This document shows positions 34,641 through 46,720 of a DNA stretch of 64,000 bases, in pieces; positions within the stretch are counted from its first letter, which is position 1; every line of letters begins with the position of its first letter. The notes beneath the pieces were generated by a model. It was not told the DNA's origin, did no database searches, and saw nothing but the letters and a program-made list of their open reading frames with translations. A program made the position numbers and the translations under genes. This stretch comes from Podarcis erhardii. Its lineage: Eukaryota. The stretch lies in NCBI GenBank assembly GCA_964252035.1, contig OZ176204.1; one strand, written 5' to 3'.

Positions 34641-36534
34641 CTTTTGCACTTCAGGGGAGGGGGGACTTTTATTGTTGTGAATAAAATGGAGGGGAAAACA
34701 ATATATATTGGGACTACAGAAGATGGTAGATTATTAAACTACACATCCCTACAAGGACCCCTTTCCAGATCCACCAACTATTTTTTTTTTAAAAAAAGAC
34801 ATGTTCACAATTGCTAATTGTGCAAACAGTGTCTTACTGGTTTGCCTAAAATGCAAGAATCTGCAATTTGTACCTAGAGAAGCCTCCATCTAAGACACTT
34901 TCCCTTCAAAAAACTGTGAGCTTGACTTTCTTTGTTCTTGACTTCACTTACTCAACGTGAGTATTGCTGTGAAATGTCAAAACTGCAAGTTGCAGATAGT
35001 TTCAAAACATTTTCTGATTAGATAAAGTAACATTATACTATTACACCACTTATTTCATGACTGTGAACATTGCATGTGCCATGCAAACTCTAAACGATAT
35101 TACAAATATTAACAAGACTATCATACAATGCAACACATCCTATTATATCAAGATATCGGAAGTTTGAAAGGTAAATATAAATATTTTGAAACTTTCAAAA
35201 TAAATAACATGAGCTGTGTGAGCATTTATACCTGGGGTGAGAAACCTGTAGCCCCCAGTCAGCATGGTGACTACTTCCAGTGAAAAATTGTGTAACTCCT
35301 TTAGTTGTCAATAAAACTGAAATAATTCATTGCTATATAACTTCTCATTGTTTTATCAATTTCATATAGTACCATACAGCCTAACTTTAATGAAAGAACA
35401 TCTAGGGCGTTGTCTTCAATTACTCTTGTCTCCACTTACTCAAATATTTTCCTGTATACCCAAGGCAACGTAGCCTCTCATGTCTGCCTTCATTATTTCT
35501 GGAAATGGCAGTCCAGTGTCTCGGCTAATTCTATGAGAATAGATTTGCATTTGGAAATTTAAATATTCTTGTGTATAGTTACTTCTTGTTGACCTAGGAT
35601 CTTCCCATCACAGGGTAAAATAAAGCCCCCTTTGTCATTGCCAGCATCTTTGAAACTTAGTTAATGACTAAAATATTTCACTGTTAATTCTCCTGACCTC
35701 AGGATTCCTGTTGATTCCTCTGATTGCCTGTGTGCTTGGACTGAGCTCTCCTGTACAACATTAATTTAGAAGATATAAAAATGAAAAATATCTCAATTAG
35801 CAGTGACACCACAAAAAAGTTAGACTGTTAATTGAGTGAAGCTTGTAATTCCTTAGCAGAGCTGACTAGTAAACCCTCCTTGTAATGCTTTGATAGTAGG
35901 TAATAAAAATGTTGTTTAATTAATGCCAGTGTGAGTTCTTTTTGAAGCTTTGGGTTTTACAAAACTGAGTAAATCAAAGAACTGAACCAGAATGCTTCTC
36001 TGTGCTGTTAATTTAAGACTGTCACTTCCATTTGAAGTCATGATTTATATTCTTCAATATTGATTACTTGGGATGCATCTGAATGCTGTGTTCAGAAAAA
36101 AAATGCAATTAAACCTCACAGTAAGTTAATGCATCCTAGCCTGTGATCTGGTTTTCTAAATTGTCTTGTATCTCAGGCAGAGTGTAGGGACTGGTTCACA
36201 AGGAACATTTGTAGAAAACCATACGGTAAAAAGGACCATATATGTTTAAAAGAAATGAATTGTGCTTTGTACCCTCCTCTAATACAAGAAACTGTGTATG
36301 TTTCTAAATAGGAGAAGGGAAAGAGGTCAATCTGTTAGCCCATCCAGCTCGGTATACCATTAAAGTATACTAATAATGGTACTCCCAATTCCTGTTGAAC
36401 CCTTAGGGCTCCTACAATGTAAAGTTTTTGGATACCCTTGGCGAGGGGTCAGGTAACCTGTGGTTGGAAGAAGAATGGGCTGTAAAAAATCTTCAATGAA
36501 TTTGTCTTGACCTTTCCATTTAAAAAATGTTTTT

Positions 36535-36870
36535 GTATTTATTATTTTATTTCATGAAATCTATACACCGCTTGATTGCGAAAAGCCTCAAAGCAGTTTG
36601 CAGAGAGCAAAATAATCAGTAAACACTTAAACAACTCTTTAAAAAAATTTAAATCAGCAATGAACTAAGAACAGATTAAAACATTATGCATATCAACATT
36701 CTACATCTCTGAGTGGGCTCACCTAAACAAACATGTTTTTACCAGGCATCAAGAATAGTACAATGAAGGTGTCTGCCTGATGTCAACAGCCAGGGAATTG
36801 TTCCAAAGTGTAGGCACTGCCACACTCAGAGATTGATTTCTTGGAAATGCAGAACCAGTTGGTTGGTTGC
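36535..36870 (-). mobile_element. L2 LINE 3' fragment (old)
   Basis: TTTATT tail, ATACACCGCTTGATTG..AAAGCAGTTT 3' UTR motif and CAGGGAATTGTTCCAAAGTGTAGG (reverse complement of the WNSLP-type coding end). Confidence 0.55.
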
Positions 36871-39800
36871 TGGCAGTAAATTCCAAACATCCATGGCGGG
36901 TATATTAAAAAATATCCCTTTTTTGTTTCATATCTTTTACAAAACCAAAAAAACCCCACACAATTGGGTACACCAGCCTCCATGTATGCATTTTGTTCAT
37001 GCAAAGCATGATTTCTACAACGAGGGATTGAAAGAAGCTGGGTGGGTGGCAAGAGCATAGTGGCTTCTATTGGCTTCTGCATTGGCTTCATCTACCTGCT
37101 CTATGGACAAATGTGTACAGAGGCCTGCAATTTCATCTTCACATTCCATGTACTTTCCACTAAAACTCTCCTTTAAAGCAAACCAATAGAGGGTGAGATC
37201 TGCAGGGCAAGATGGTGTGGAATCATCTGAAGGGACAGGATGTTGCTTTTAGTTTAGTACCAAGTGCTGTGGAAGAAAGTTTTCATTGTCTCCACCCAGC
37301 ACAATGTCTCCTGGAAGGCTTGGTTTTAGCTGCTGTTTTCAGTCACTTGTCTTCCTTCCTAGCAAGTCCTGAGAGGGGTGGAAAAAAGAAAAATGTAATT
37401 GTGGTTATCCTAACACAACCTATTGTACTTATCGCTTTCTCTCTGTCTCCAGATGGCAGAAATATTAATCATTAACTTCAAAAACTCAGCAAAGTTTGGA
37501 AATCCCCTGGTGGTTAAATATCGAACTTGCTGTGATAAGTAAGGTAACTTTACTAAAGTGCTGCCTCTCTAGGGCACTTCTCTGAACTCCAGGAATTTGT
37601 TAGCTGGTTTCATATTGGTATTGATTTTAAGGCAGCTGTCAGAATGTAGTGTGTCTATCAGGAAGAATCATGGAACTTCAGCAATGAAAAACACACGGTA
37701 TGCCATTTGCTTTTAGAGTTCAGGTCTTAGTTGCTCAACAGTCTAGAAGATTGGCTGGCTTAGTTTAAATAATGCGTTCCAGTATAACCTTATACAGGTT
37801 GCCATTTTGAGTTAAGGAGCTTGGAGCTATTAGTATTGGTTCTGTACAAGACAAATGCCCGTGCTTCAACTTGACTAAGGAGTGGGAAAATACTTTATTA
37901 TATGGTGCCATCAGTGAACATAACACTCTACAGAGATAAAGCACTGGAGAGGTCCCTGCTCTGATGATTTTACAGTCAAGGATTACACATGAGGGAAATG
38001 TGGAGAAAGCAATGATAGGGAAAGAAGAGAATGGTCACATATCAAGATGGTGAGGAAAGCTGTACGTAAGTAATAACAGGAAGGAGTTGGGGCAGGAAGA
38101 GTAACAGTTGAAGAAAGGCTTTGCAAAAAAAGCAACACAAACATTTAAAAGGCCCCATTGTTTGGGAATGTTAGAAGAATGCTAACATTGTTTGATATAT
38201 CTTTTTAGGATACCAGCTTTTGTTGGTTTAAAAAATGTGTAAGCATTCAAATATACAGAAATCTTCATTGCCAAATAATTAATTTTTGACAATTATTTCT
38301 AAACATATTTACACACACACACACACACACAATTTCTAGACAGGATATTTTTGAACTTTTATACCTGTAGATACTTTAGGTAGACAACTGCCTATTTAAC
38401 TGTACTGAAGGTATAATGGAAGTATTTGTTTGCTTTGTCTCAGGCTAGAGAGACAAATTATATTATAATTACAATTATAATAATTTTATTAATAATACTC
38501 TGAGGCATAGAATTTCTGTTGTTCAAAAGCTTGAATAACTTTTTGATATCACCTATTCTTTTTTTACCTTTCCCCCTATGAATCTGCATAGCAGTAGCTC
38601 TTTTGCAATACTATCTTGGAAATCCTCGGATAATTCTTTTTATTCTGAACTATCAATAGCCTGTTTTAGTTGCCTTTTGTGTGGCATTGATGCTTTTCCA
38701 AGCCTGGCCTTTCTGAAGTACCCTATCTTTGGAACGACAAGGCAACAAGATTTGTTCATTAGGCTTCTGGCTTTTGTTATATCACCACCAGCAGTACCCT
38801 GCATTTACTTACCTGAACTTCAACAAAACTAGTGGGAATAGCCTCTTCATGTGGCAACAAAAAATAAAATAAAAGCAAATTAAAAATAAAAATAGAAGTG
38901 TAACATTTCACGAGCAGCTGTAAATTGTAATTTTTGGGGTATATATAGTTCTCTGTTAAAGAAATTGGTAGAGGGAACACTAAAACTTTTCTAGAATAAC
39001 AATTTTGTGGGTATTAAAAATTTTAATCAATGAACTTCCTTTTTAACATTTAATTTCAGTTCACATTAAAATTGTAACTGCTCTTTAACTTCGAAAAGGC
39101 TGAACCGTTTGGAAGTTAATCAAATGCACAAAACTTCTGTTTTCTACCTTTATAACTGACAGAGTAAAGCCAGAAATGATGATTAGAGAGTAGTTTGATC
39201 AAGGAGGGAAATTATGATATATCAAAGTAATGATTTTAATGTATTTTTCAGAAGGCTAGATGATCTAGTGGGTAACCAGCTAGCTGGTTGTGTCCTTGCA
39301 AAACATTGTCAAGATGTCCTTGATCGAGAATGGACAACAAACTTCGCATGCATAATTGTTATAACTGGTGTTTTAATTTTAGCATCTTTTGTATCTGGCA
39401 ACTTATGTACATGTAAAAGCTGCTTCAGACTCAAATGTTTTTGTTACCATCTTTTGGACAGGTAATATATTTGTACTAGGAGGCATGAGTGAAGATTGTA
39501 GTTTCCCCCCTAATACCAGTTCTTTTCTTTGTCCTACAAACCCGGCTGACACTCTTAAGGGTTCATAGCACTGTTCCAGGGTGTCTTAGTTGTGTTTGGG
39601 CTTGCTCTTTTGGTTTGTAGTAGATTAAAAGGGGATATGTCCTTCACTGCTGAGAAAGGTGCAAAATCTGAAGGCTGACTGACATGATCAGTTTTGTCTC
39701 CTGGCCCTTCTCCTCAAAGACCCGCCTGTGATGCATCCCCATGAAGGATGTCCTATGGCTGCTACTTTGCAGAAGCGAGGTTCTGCTTCTACAGTAATAG

Positions 39801-40809
39801 GAATTGTCCTGAGAGAGGAAGAGATAGTGTCCATGGGGGCAGGGAATCTGGAGGCAGGATTGCATAGAGGTAGTTTGACCATGTGAACCAACTTTGTAAA
39901 CATCTAGGGCCTTACACCTCTAAGTCAAGTGTTCAGTTCTTTGTTGCCTCATTTCAGGCAAGTCACCTGAGTGTGTTCAAAAAGCCTTTCACTAAAAGCT
40001 TTATCTGTTTTTAAAGCATCATGGTTTCCAGATTTTAATCACGTCATTTAAACTACCTAGGCTTCTCATGCCACGACCTCATGGTTCTCTTTTATCACCA
40101 GAAGTTGAACCCATTTTAGATCAACCTCTGTAGATAAACTTGAAGTTTAAAAGTTGGGAAAACCTCTCTCTCTTTCTTTCCCAACCTCACGGAAATTTTA
40201 TTTCAGTGATTTCACCAGCATTTAAAATCCAAATGGAAGACCTATATCAAAGGGAAGTTATACAGTAAGAGTCACCAGATTCCAGACAATTAAACTTTAT
40301 TAGTCTGTCTGAAGCATAAAGTAGTACCTCTTAAAAGAATAGTTTTTCATCTCCTCTCCCTGTTGCTGTTTACTGTTTAGCAGTGTGGGAGAGGCACGAC
40401 TCTTTTCTTTCAGGAATGCATTTTCCTTAGTCACTGGAGAAATTCTCTAGTATTCTTGGACTACATGTAGCCCACTGCAGGGTGCAACAAAAATTAGTCC
40501 CTAAATGTGGTGACTCAAAAGTCACCTGTTCCTCTTAAGCCAGTGATTAAGTACATGTGGCTCCAGAAACATTTTAAGTAGCTCATAGGTGTTTGCTAAA
40601 ACTGCAAGAATTCTGACTTATTTCATAAAAAATGAGTGTTTCTTATCCTCCTGTATTTCCAGATAGAACTTTGATTCTGTTGTTGTAAAGGTTTAGAAGA
40701 AACAGGGCAAATAAACTTAAAATGCACTATTTAACTCTCAGCTTTCTTTACATACATAATGGAAGCAGGTGTTCTGATTTCACATATTCCTATCTACAGA
40801 TTTAAGGTC

Positions 40810-41035
40810 CAGTGGTACCTCGGGTTACATACACTTCAGGCTACAGACTCCGCTAACCCAGAAATAGTACCTCAGGTTAAGAACTTTGCTTCAGGATGAG
40901 AACAGAAATCGTGCTTGGGCGACGCAGGAGCAGCAGGGGGCCCCATTAGCTAAAGTGGTGTTTCAGGTTAAGAACAGTTTCAGGTTAAAAATGGACCTCC
41001 AGAACGAATTAAGTACTTAACCTGAGGTACCACTG
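40810..41035. mobile_element. Tc1/mariner-type MITE
   Basis: TIRs CAGTGGTACCTC and GAGGTACCACTG; right TA present at 41036-41037, left TA lost; highly similar to 51533-51758. Confidence 0.9.
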
Positions 41036-42196
41036 TATTGGAGAATAAATGGTGCTGAACCAAGGTGCTCATCTTTTCCTTGTGTGCTGAACTCATTGTA
41101 GTCACTTACTTTCTACTGGAGTAAGATTCAAAGTTTGCCATCACAAAAAAATTACATATATGTAAAGTGAGTTTATTTTGAGAAATAATCTCCTGGCAAT
41201 GTATTGGAGTTTTGCAAAAGCTGAAACTGTTGACAAAGAGGCTGAAGTAGTGGTGGGCACAAAGGATGCTGCCCCCTCCAAAAATAGATTGAGGACTAGA
41301 AACTTGCTTTTTTGAATGAAAGCTAAAAGCTGCAAGAGGTCTAGCTCGTTATACCCATGCTGTCCCTAAATGAGTGGTTGCTCATTTCAGCATAATTCCA
41401 CAAGCCTTTTGTTGAGATGCATCTTTTATCAAACTTCTTGCTGCATAATTAGAAACCACATGTGGGCATGTAATAAATAAGTCTTTCGGTAGGGAGAGTG
41501 AGATTAACTTCAGTGCAACTTTTTGTATTTACTTTTTGAAATAAAATAGCAATGAGATCTTTAGCATCTTTTCACAGTGGTTGTTTTGACACTACCAGGT
41601 GATTTACTTCTAAGTTGCACTGGATATTTAGATGTTTCAGTGAGCTCACAATGTGGAAAGGGTGATTCAGCACTGGTTGAGCAAGTCCTTCATCAATTAA
41701 CCTCCTGGAATGAATTTGCACAAGCTGGGCTGGTAGAGGGAGGTAGACTGAAAATGGTAGCTTGCAAACTGAGTTTCTGAAATAAAAGTAAATGGACTGA
41801 GTGGTTTGAAAAACTAGCTCTCTCACTTTGAGTCTGCCAGCTGACATGTTAGCAAGACAAATTCATTCAATAAACTCAAGAAATGTGAATCCTTTTTTTG
41901 GCCTAAACATTCTAAAGTATGGGAGTGCCATCTTTAGGGAGCTGATATTGTTCAGTCAGTAGTTTGCCCAGAGCAGAGTGCTAGTGGCTCTCAGACTCAG
42001 TCCCAGCAATCCTCCACAAGCCAGAAGTTAAATTTTCAGTCCTTCTTGGATATAACAGAAGAATCTGTACCTTCTTCAAATTGCATTTAAAGAAAATCAC
42101 TCTTAACAACAACCTTGGAGTTTAACAGATAAAAGAGTAGGGTAACAAAGACACTCGGTCGCTTAGAATGTGTTACACTTCCTGGAAAAAGTTTGT

Positions 42197-42238
42197 AAAC
42201 AAGCAAACAAACAAGCAAACAAACAAACAAACAAACAA
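42197..42238. repeat. (AAAC/AAGC)n tetranucleotide repeat
   Basis: Directly visible. Confidence 0.9.
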
Positions 42239-42403
42239 GATGCTATTGAGACCTATCCCAAAACATTATATTGGGATACACTTCTTGTAACGAGACAGAG
42301 GCCAGCGGAGGGGGAGTTTGTATGACATATAAAAAATTGGTTCCCAACATGTCTCTATCTCTCTCCCTTGTTCTGAAAATCTGGTTTGTAGGATCCTATG
42401 CAC

Positions 42404-42452
42404 CAGTAAGAAACAGCTCACAATGACAGTAAGAAACAGCTCACAATGACAG
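42404..42452. repeat. 23-bp tandem duplication CAGTAAGAAACAGCTCACAATGA x2
   Basis: Exact copies at 42404-42426 and 42427-42449. Confidence 0.95.
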
Positions 42453-42783
42453 GACAGGGGAACATTGGGAGAGAGAGAGAGAGAGAGAGAGAGTGTTAAT
42501 ATTTTAAGTGCTCCTTAAAGTATGCCGTTTTCTAATCTCTTAAAACTGAATTCATGGCTTAGTCATTGGGAAAGAGCCAACAAAGATAAATCATGTTGTT
42601 TTCAAGAGAAATATTTTAAGCACATTCTTTTCCCTCCTATTGAAACCAGTGGTGTTTAATTTTGGTGGGATGGTGTCCATTAAAGTAAAGCTTCTCTTCT
42701 ATATTTAAAAGAATAATATAGTTCCAAAATAAAGCATTGTAAAGATAATATGCTATTTTAGTATTGTTCAAATAATGAATATT

Positions 42784-43371
42784 CCCTGGACCCTGGGAAC
42801 CCTGCCCTAAGATTAAGGCTTACTGGGAAATGATCTATAATGAAATTAAGAAAATCCTTAAATGGACTTTTGTAAAGAAACCGGAGGCCTTTCTCTTGGG
42901 CATGGTTGGCCAAACAATTCCAAAGAAAGATAGAACCTTTTTTATGTATGCAACTACAGCAGCAAGAATCCTCCTGGCAAAGTATTGGAAGACGCAAGAA
43001 CTACCTACTCTGGAAGAATGGCAGACCAAGGTGACTGAATTTATGGGGTTGGCGGAGATGACCGGCAGAATTCGAGACCAGAGGAGAAAGTCGGTGGAAG
43101 AGGACTGGGAAAAATTTAAAATTTATCTTAAGGACGTTTGTAATATTATGGAATGCTAAGATGTCAAGGGATTAGACACAAGGAATTACAGTTGTAAAAT
43201 TTGAGTTTGATAAACTTTAATAAGAATTATATTTAAGAATTGGATGAAAGAATGCTAAAAAAAATTGATAAAATAAGGATGCAGCGAAGGGGAGGTTTGG
43301 GGAAGTCAGGTTATATTTTTTGTTTGTATTTTTGTTTGTTGAAAATTAATAAAAATTATTTTTTAAAAAAA
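42784..43371 (+). mobile_element. 5'-truncated L1-clade LINE with intact ORF2 C-terminus
   Basis: Open frame CPKIKAYWEMIYNEIKKIL..PEAFLLG..AARILLAKYWK..PTLEEW..WEKF..MEC* (stop ending 43159); AATAAA at 43348-43353, short A tail, 15-bp TSD CAAATAATGAATATT at 42769-42783 and 43372-43386. Confidence 0.92.
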
Positions 43372-44629
43372 CAAATAATGAATATTTTGACTCCATCAAC
43401 CAAGCAGCTCAAACACTTTACTATCACCATGATGGAGAAATGCTACTGTGTCCAGAAACAGCCAGGCTAAGTGAAAGTTCTGGAAACGTAGTCTTCAAGT
43501 AAGTGATCAAGTGCTTATCAATATAGAGAGAACCAAACAGAAATCAATCCTGAATTTTACATCTGTCCCTTAAAGTCAGTATAAATTCTGTAGTGCAGAA
43601 AGCATATAGACTGCATGACCAAGGACTTTGGATTATGATCCTGGGTTTGCTTTAAAGCACTGATGAGCTGAGTTGCCATCTCATGATACCCTTAGAACTT
43701 AGTTTTCCAAACTTAGTTTTTAAAATGTGTATTTTAAGGGAAATAGCTTGGTTAATTTCAGATCCACACCAAATCTGCACCCCACTCTGCTGCCACGAAG
43801 TAAGTAGTGGGTAGAGGGAGAAGTTGGCCTTTTCTGGCTCTGATTACAATTCAAGCCTTCAAAAAATGGGGGAGGAGGCCATGGCCCTGTTGGGAATGCT
43901 GCTTGCTTTGGGAGTGCCAATTTCATAGTCCAAACCGGATCATTACAAAGTTCAGCAGTATAATTAATATAAAGCTTCTACTTAGTTGTAAACAAACATG
44001 TTTTTATTTGTTGTAGTAACCATTTTGTATGTGTCCCTTGTTGAGGAAATGTATGAATTGAAATCTGGAGACATAATTTAAATGTGTTCCACTCTGCAGA
44101 TCCATTCTGCAGATGAAAATAATGCAGGTTACGTAGTGTAGTAAGTATGCTGATACAGACTGGTACAATTTCCAGTAGTGTGTCCCCCCTTTATTGAATT
44201 GTATCAGATAAAATAAACATACTGCAATATAGGACACAAAGAAGAAGGGACAAAACCTGATTCCCTGCTATAGAAAAGCTTTCCCTTTTAGTTTCCAATA
44301 CAGTTATGTTCCAAAGGCCTTGCTAAAGAAATATGTTTTTAATTAACAAAGTCAATCAGATTTCATTTGGGAGCTTCACAGATTGGGGAGCCACAGACAG
44401 GAACGCCCTGCTCTGTGTCATTGCCCTATGGGCCATGCCCATGGACAGCAACACAAGCTGGGACTCTCTAGTGTTCTTTACAGGCTGGGAGGTGTTGAGG
44501 AAGGCATTCATTTCAGTACTGGGTCATCTAGAACTTGGTACATCATCAGTTGGTGAATTTGCTCTTTCCCTTCTCACTGCCCCACATAATAGCTGGACAG
44601 CAGTATCTTGCATACCTGAAGGTACCTGA

Positions 44630-44671
44630 AGGTATCTGAAGAAGTGTGCATGCACACGAAAGCTCATACCT
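44630..44671 (+). ncRNA. Minimal type I hammerhead ribozyme motif with 6-bp stem I (sense to BTRC pre-mRNA)
   Basis: AGGUAU-CUGAAGA-A-GUGUG(CAUG)CACAC-GAAA-GC-UC-AUACCU; predicted cleavage after C44665. Confidence 0.68.
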
Positions 44672-44726
44672 AGAACTAACTTAGTTGGTCTTTAAGGTGC
44701 TACTGGAAGGATTTTTTTTATTTTGT
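44631..44726 (+). mobile_element. Penelope-like terminal fragment
   Basis: Near-identical to the right arm of the 19722-19961 element. Confidence 0.8.
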
Positions 44727-45471
44727 CATAACTGGTGAAACATTGTAAACCAGAGTTTCCTTGTTGTAGTCAGTCACATTGTATTCTGTTGCTCTTTCCG
44801 GTCATTTCATTGCTAGATTATCTAATGCCGCACTCCCTGCAACCCTTTCAGTTGGGTTCCAAAGTCTTGCAGTGGGAGGGGGGTGGCCTGATTCTCCCCA
44901 CCATTGCTATCCCAAATAGCATGAACCATCCAATCTGCTGCCATTCAGTACTGATCTTACTGTGAATACACATGAAAGGCCCTGGACTCTGGTATTTTCA
45001 GTTACCATGACTTCCCTGCACTGAAACCTGTTGCTATGGTTGTGCCACTGCCTCCTGTTCCCTTGCTGCAGTGTTCAAATGCCCCCTCTAGGATGATCAC
45101 CCCCCTTTGTTTGTATGCCAGCTAACCTACTCAGTGCAGCTGATACTTTGGTTGCCAAACCACAAAGCAGTGTTTAGGTCTGACTGCATTTCAGTACCGT
45201 ATTGTCTTTCTTCCCCCATCCCCAAGTCTCTCTGCCCTTGCCTGTTCTCCTCCTTCTGCCTTTGCTTAGGTAATGTCCCCAATGAAGAAAAAATGTCCCC
45301 AATGCTTTTAACTTCACAGCAAAGTTAGAACGCTACGCAGGAAGTTAACTGCCTCGAGTCTTTTAAATTTAAGTAACACACACCAAATAATAAGCTGTTG
45401 GTTGCGTTTTTTTGTTTTGTTTTGTTTCTGTTTTGTTGGTGTGGGTATTTTTTTTCCCTGCCTGCAAAGAA

Positions 45472-46037
45472 NNNNNNNNNNNNNNNNNNNNNNNNNNNNN
45501 NNNNNNNNNNNNNNNNNNNNNNNNNNNNNNNNNNNNNNNNNNNNNNNNNNNNNNNNNNNNNNNNNNNNNNNNNNNNNNNNNNNNNNNNNNNNNNNNNNNN
45601 NNNNNNNNNNNNNNNNNNNNNNNNNNNNNNNNNNNNNNNNNNNNNNNNNNNNNNNNNNNNNNNNNNNNNNNNNNNNNNNNNNNNNNNNNNNNNNNNNNNN
45701 NNNNNNNNNNNNNNNTGTTTGTCAGTTTCTCAGTGGAAATTAGAAGCAGTTTTTTTGCAATTCCCTAAGCTGCTGCTCTGTCATATTTTACATAAGCACT
45801 GGGAAAACGTCTTGTAATTAGTGCNNNNNNNNNNNNNNNNNNNNNNNNNNNNNNNNNNNNNNNNNNNNNNNNNNNNNNNNNNNNNNNNNNNNNNNNNNNN
45901 NNNNNNNNNNNNNNNNNNNNNNNNNNNNNNNNNNNNNNNNNNNNNNNNNNNNNNNNNNNNNNNNNNNNNNNNNNNNNNNNNNNNNNNNNNNNNNNNNNNN
46001 NNNNNNNNNNNNNNNNNNNNNNNNNNNNNNNNNNNNN
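45472..46037. other. Two N-runs (45472-45715, 45825-46037) with a 109-bp island
   Basis: Directly visible. Confidence 0.99.
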
Positions 46038-46511
46038 CCCCAATTCTCTTCACTTGGGCCCAACCAAAAATTCTGTTAAGGTGGCTCTGTAAAGATCAGC
46101 ATGTTTACCAGCAAAGAACAGAGGCAGCTACAGATGAGGAGTGCAGGGGAGGGTTGGATGAATCTGTTCGACCCTGATGCTGACATTGAGGGACGAATAC
46201 TGCCAAATCTTAATTGGGTCTCAAAGCTAGCACTGGGTGCTGCAGTCGGCTTCCCTGTGGTGGTGGTGATGGTAATAACACTTAGCATTTGCATAGATAG
46301 CCGTCCTGCCCTGACATTGTGTAAGAGCCTTACAACACCTGAGTCCCAGGCCTTCTGCTGATCTTCCATATGTGCTGGCAGCAAAAGTCAACTGCATCCA
46401 TGCAAACAAGCTTGACCTTGCCTAGTTGAACGCTATGGCTACAGAGCAGGGTGGAAAACGGAAGACAAAAGATGAGCGCAAGCAAATAGTATGGAATGGG
46501 AAGGTGGGTGA

Positions 46512-46720
46512 AGGGACCATTGTTCAGTGCTACAGCATATGCTGTGCATATGGCAGGTCCTAAGCTCAATTCTTGGCATCTCCATTTGGAAGAATCGGGG
46601 GAAAGATGATGGGAAAGACCTCCATCTGAGACATGGGAGATCCATTGCCAGTCAGAATAGACTGTACTGGACTACTTGGACATATGGTTCAACCTGCTAT
46701 AAGGCAGCATCATATATTCT
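46512..46720 (+). mobile_element. tRNA-derived squamate SINE (Squam2-like), degenerate
   Basis: Head GGGACCATTGTTCAGTG (A box), AAGCTCAATTC (B box remnant), body GGGAAAGACC..TGCCAGTCAG..TAGAC, tail ATAAGGCAGC. Confidence 0.6.

Noticed and set aside
42830-43159. 109-aa ORF as a nested gene
   Set aside because: C-terminus of L1 ORF2 inside a TSD-bounded, 5'-truncated insertion.
46101-46361. 86-aa ORF with a hydrophobic segment
   Set aside because: No recognisable homology or splice context; likely chance ORF in intronic DNA.
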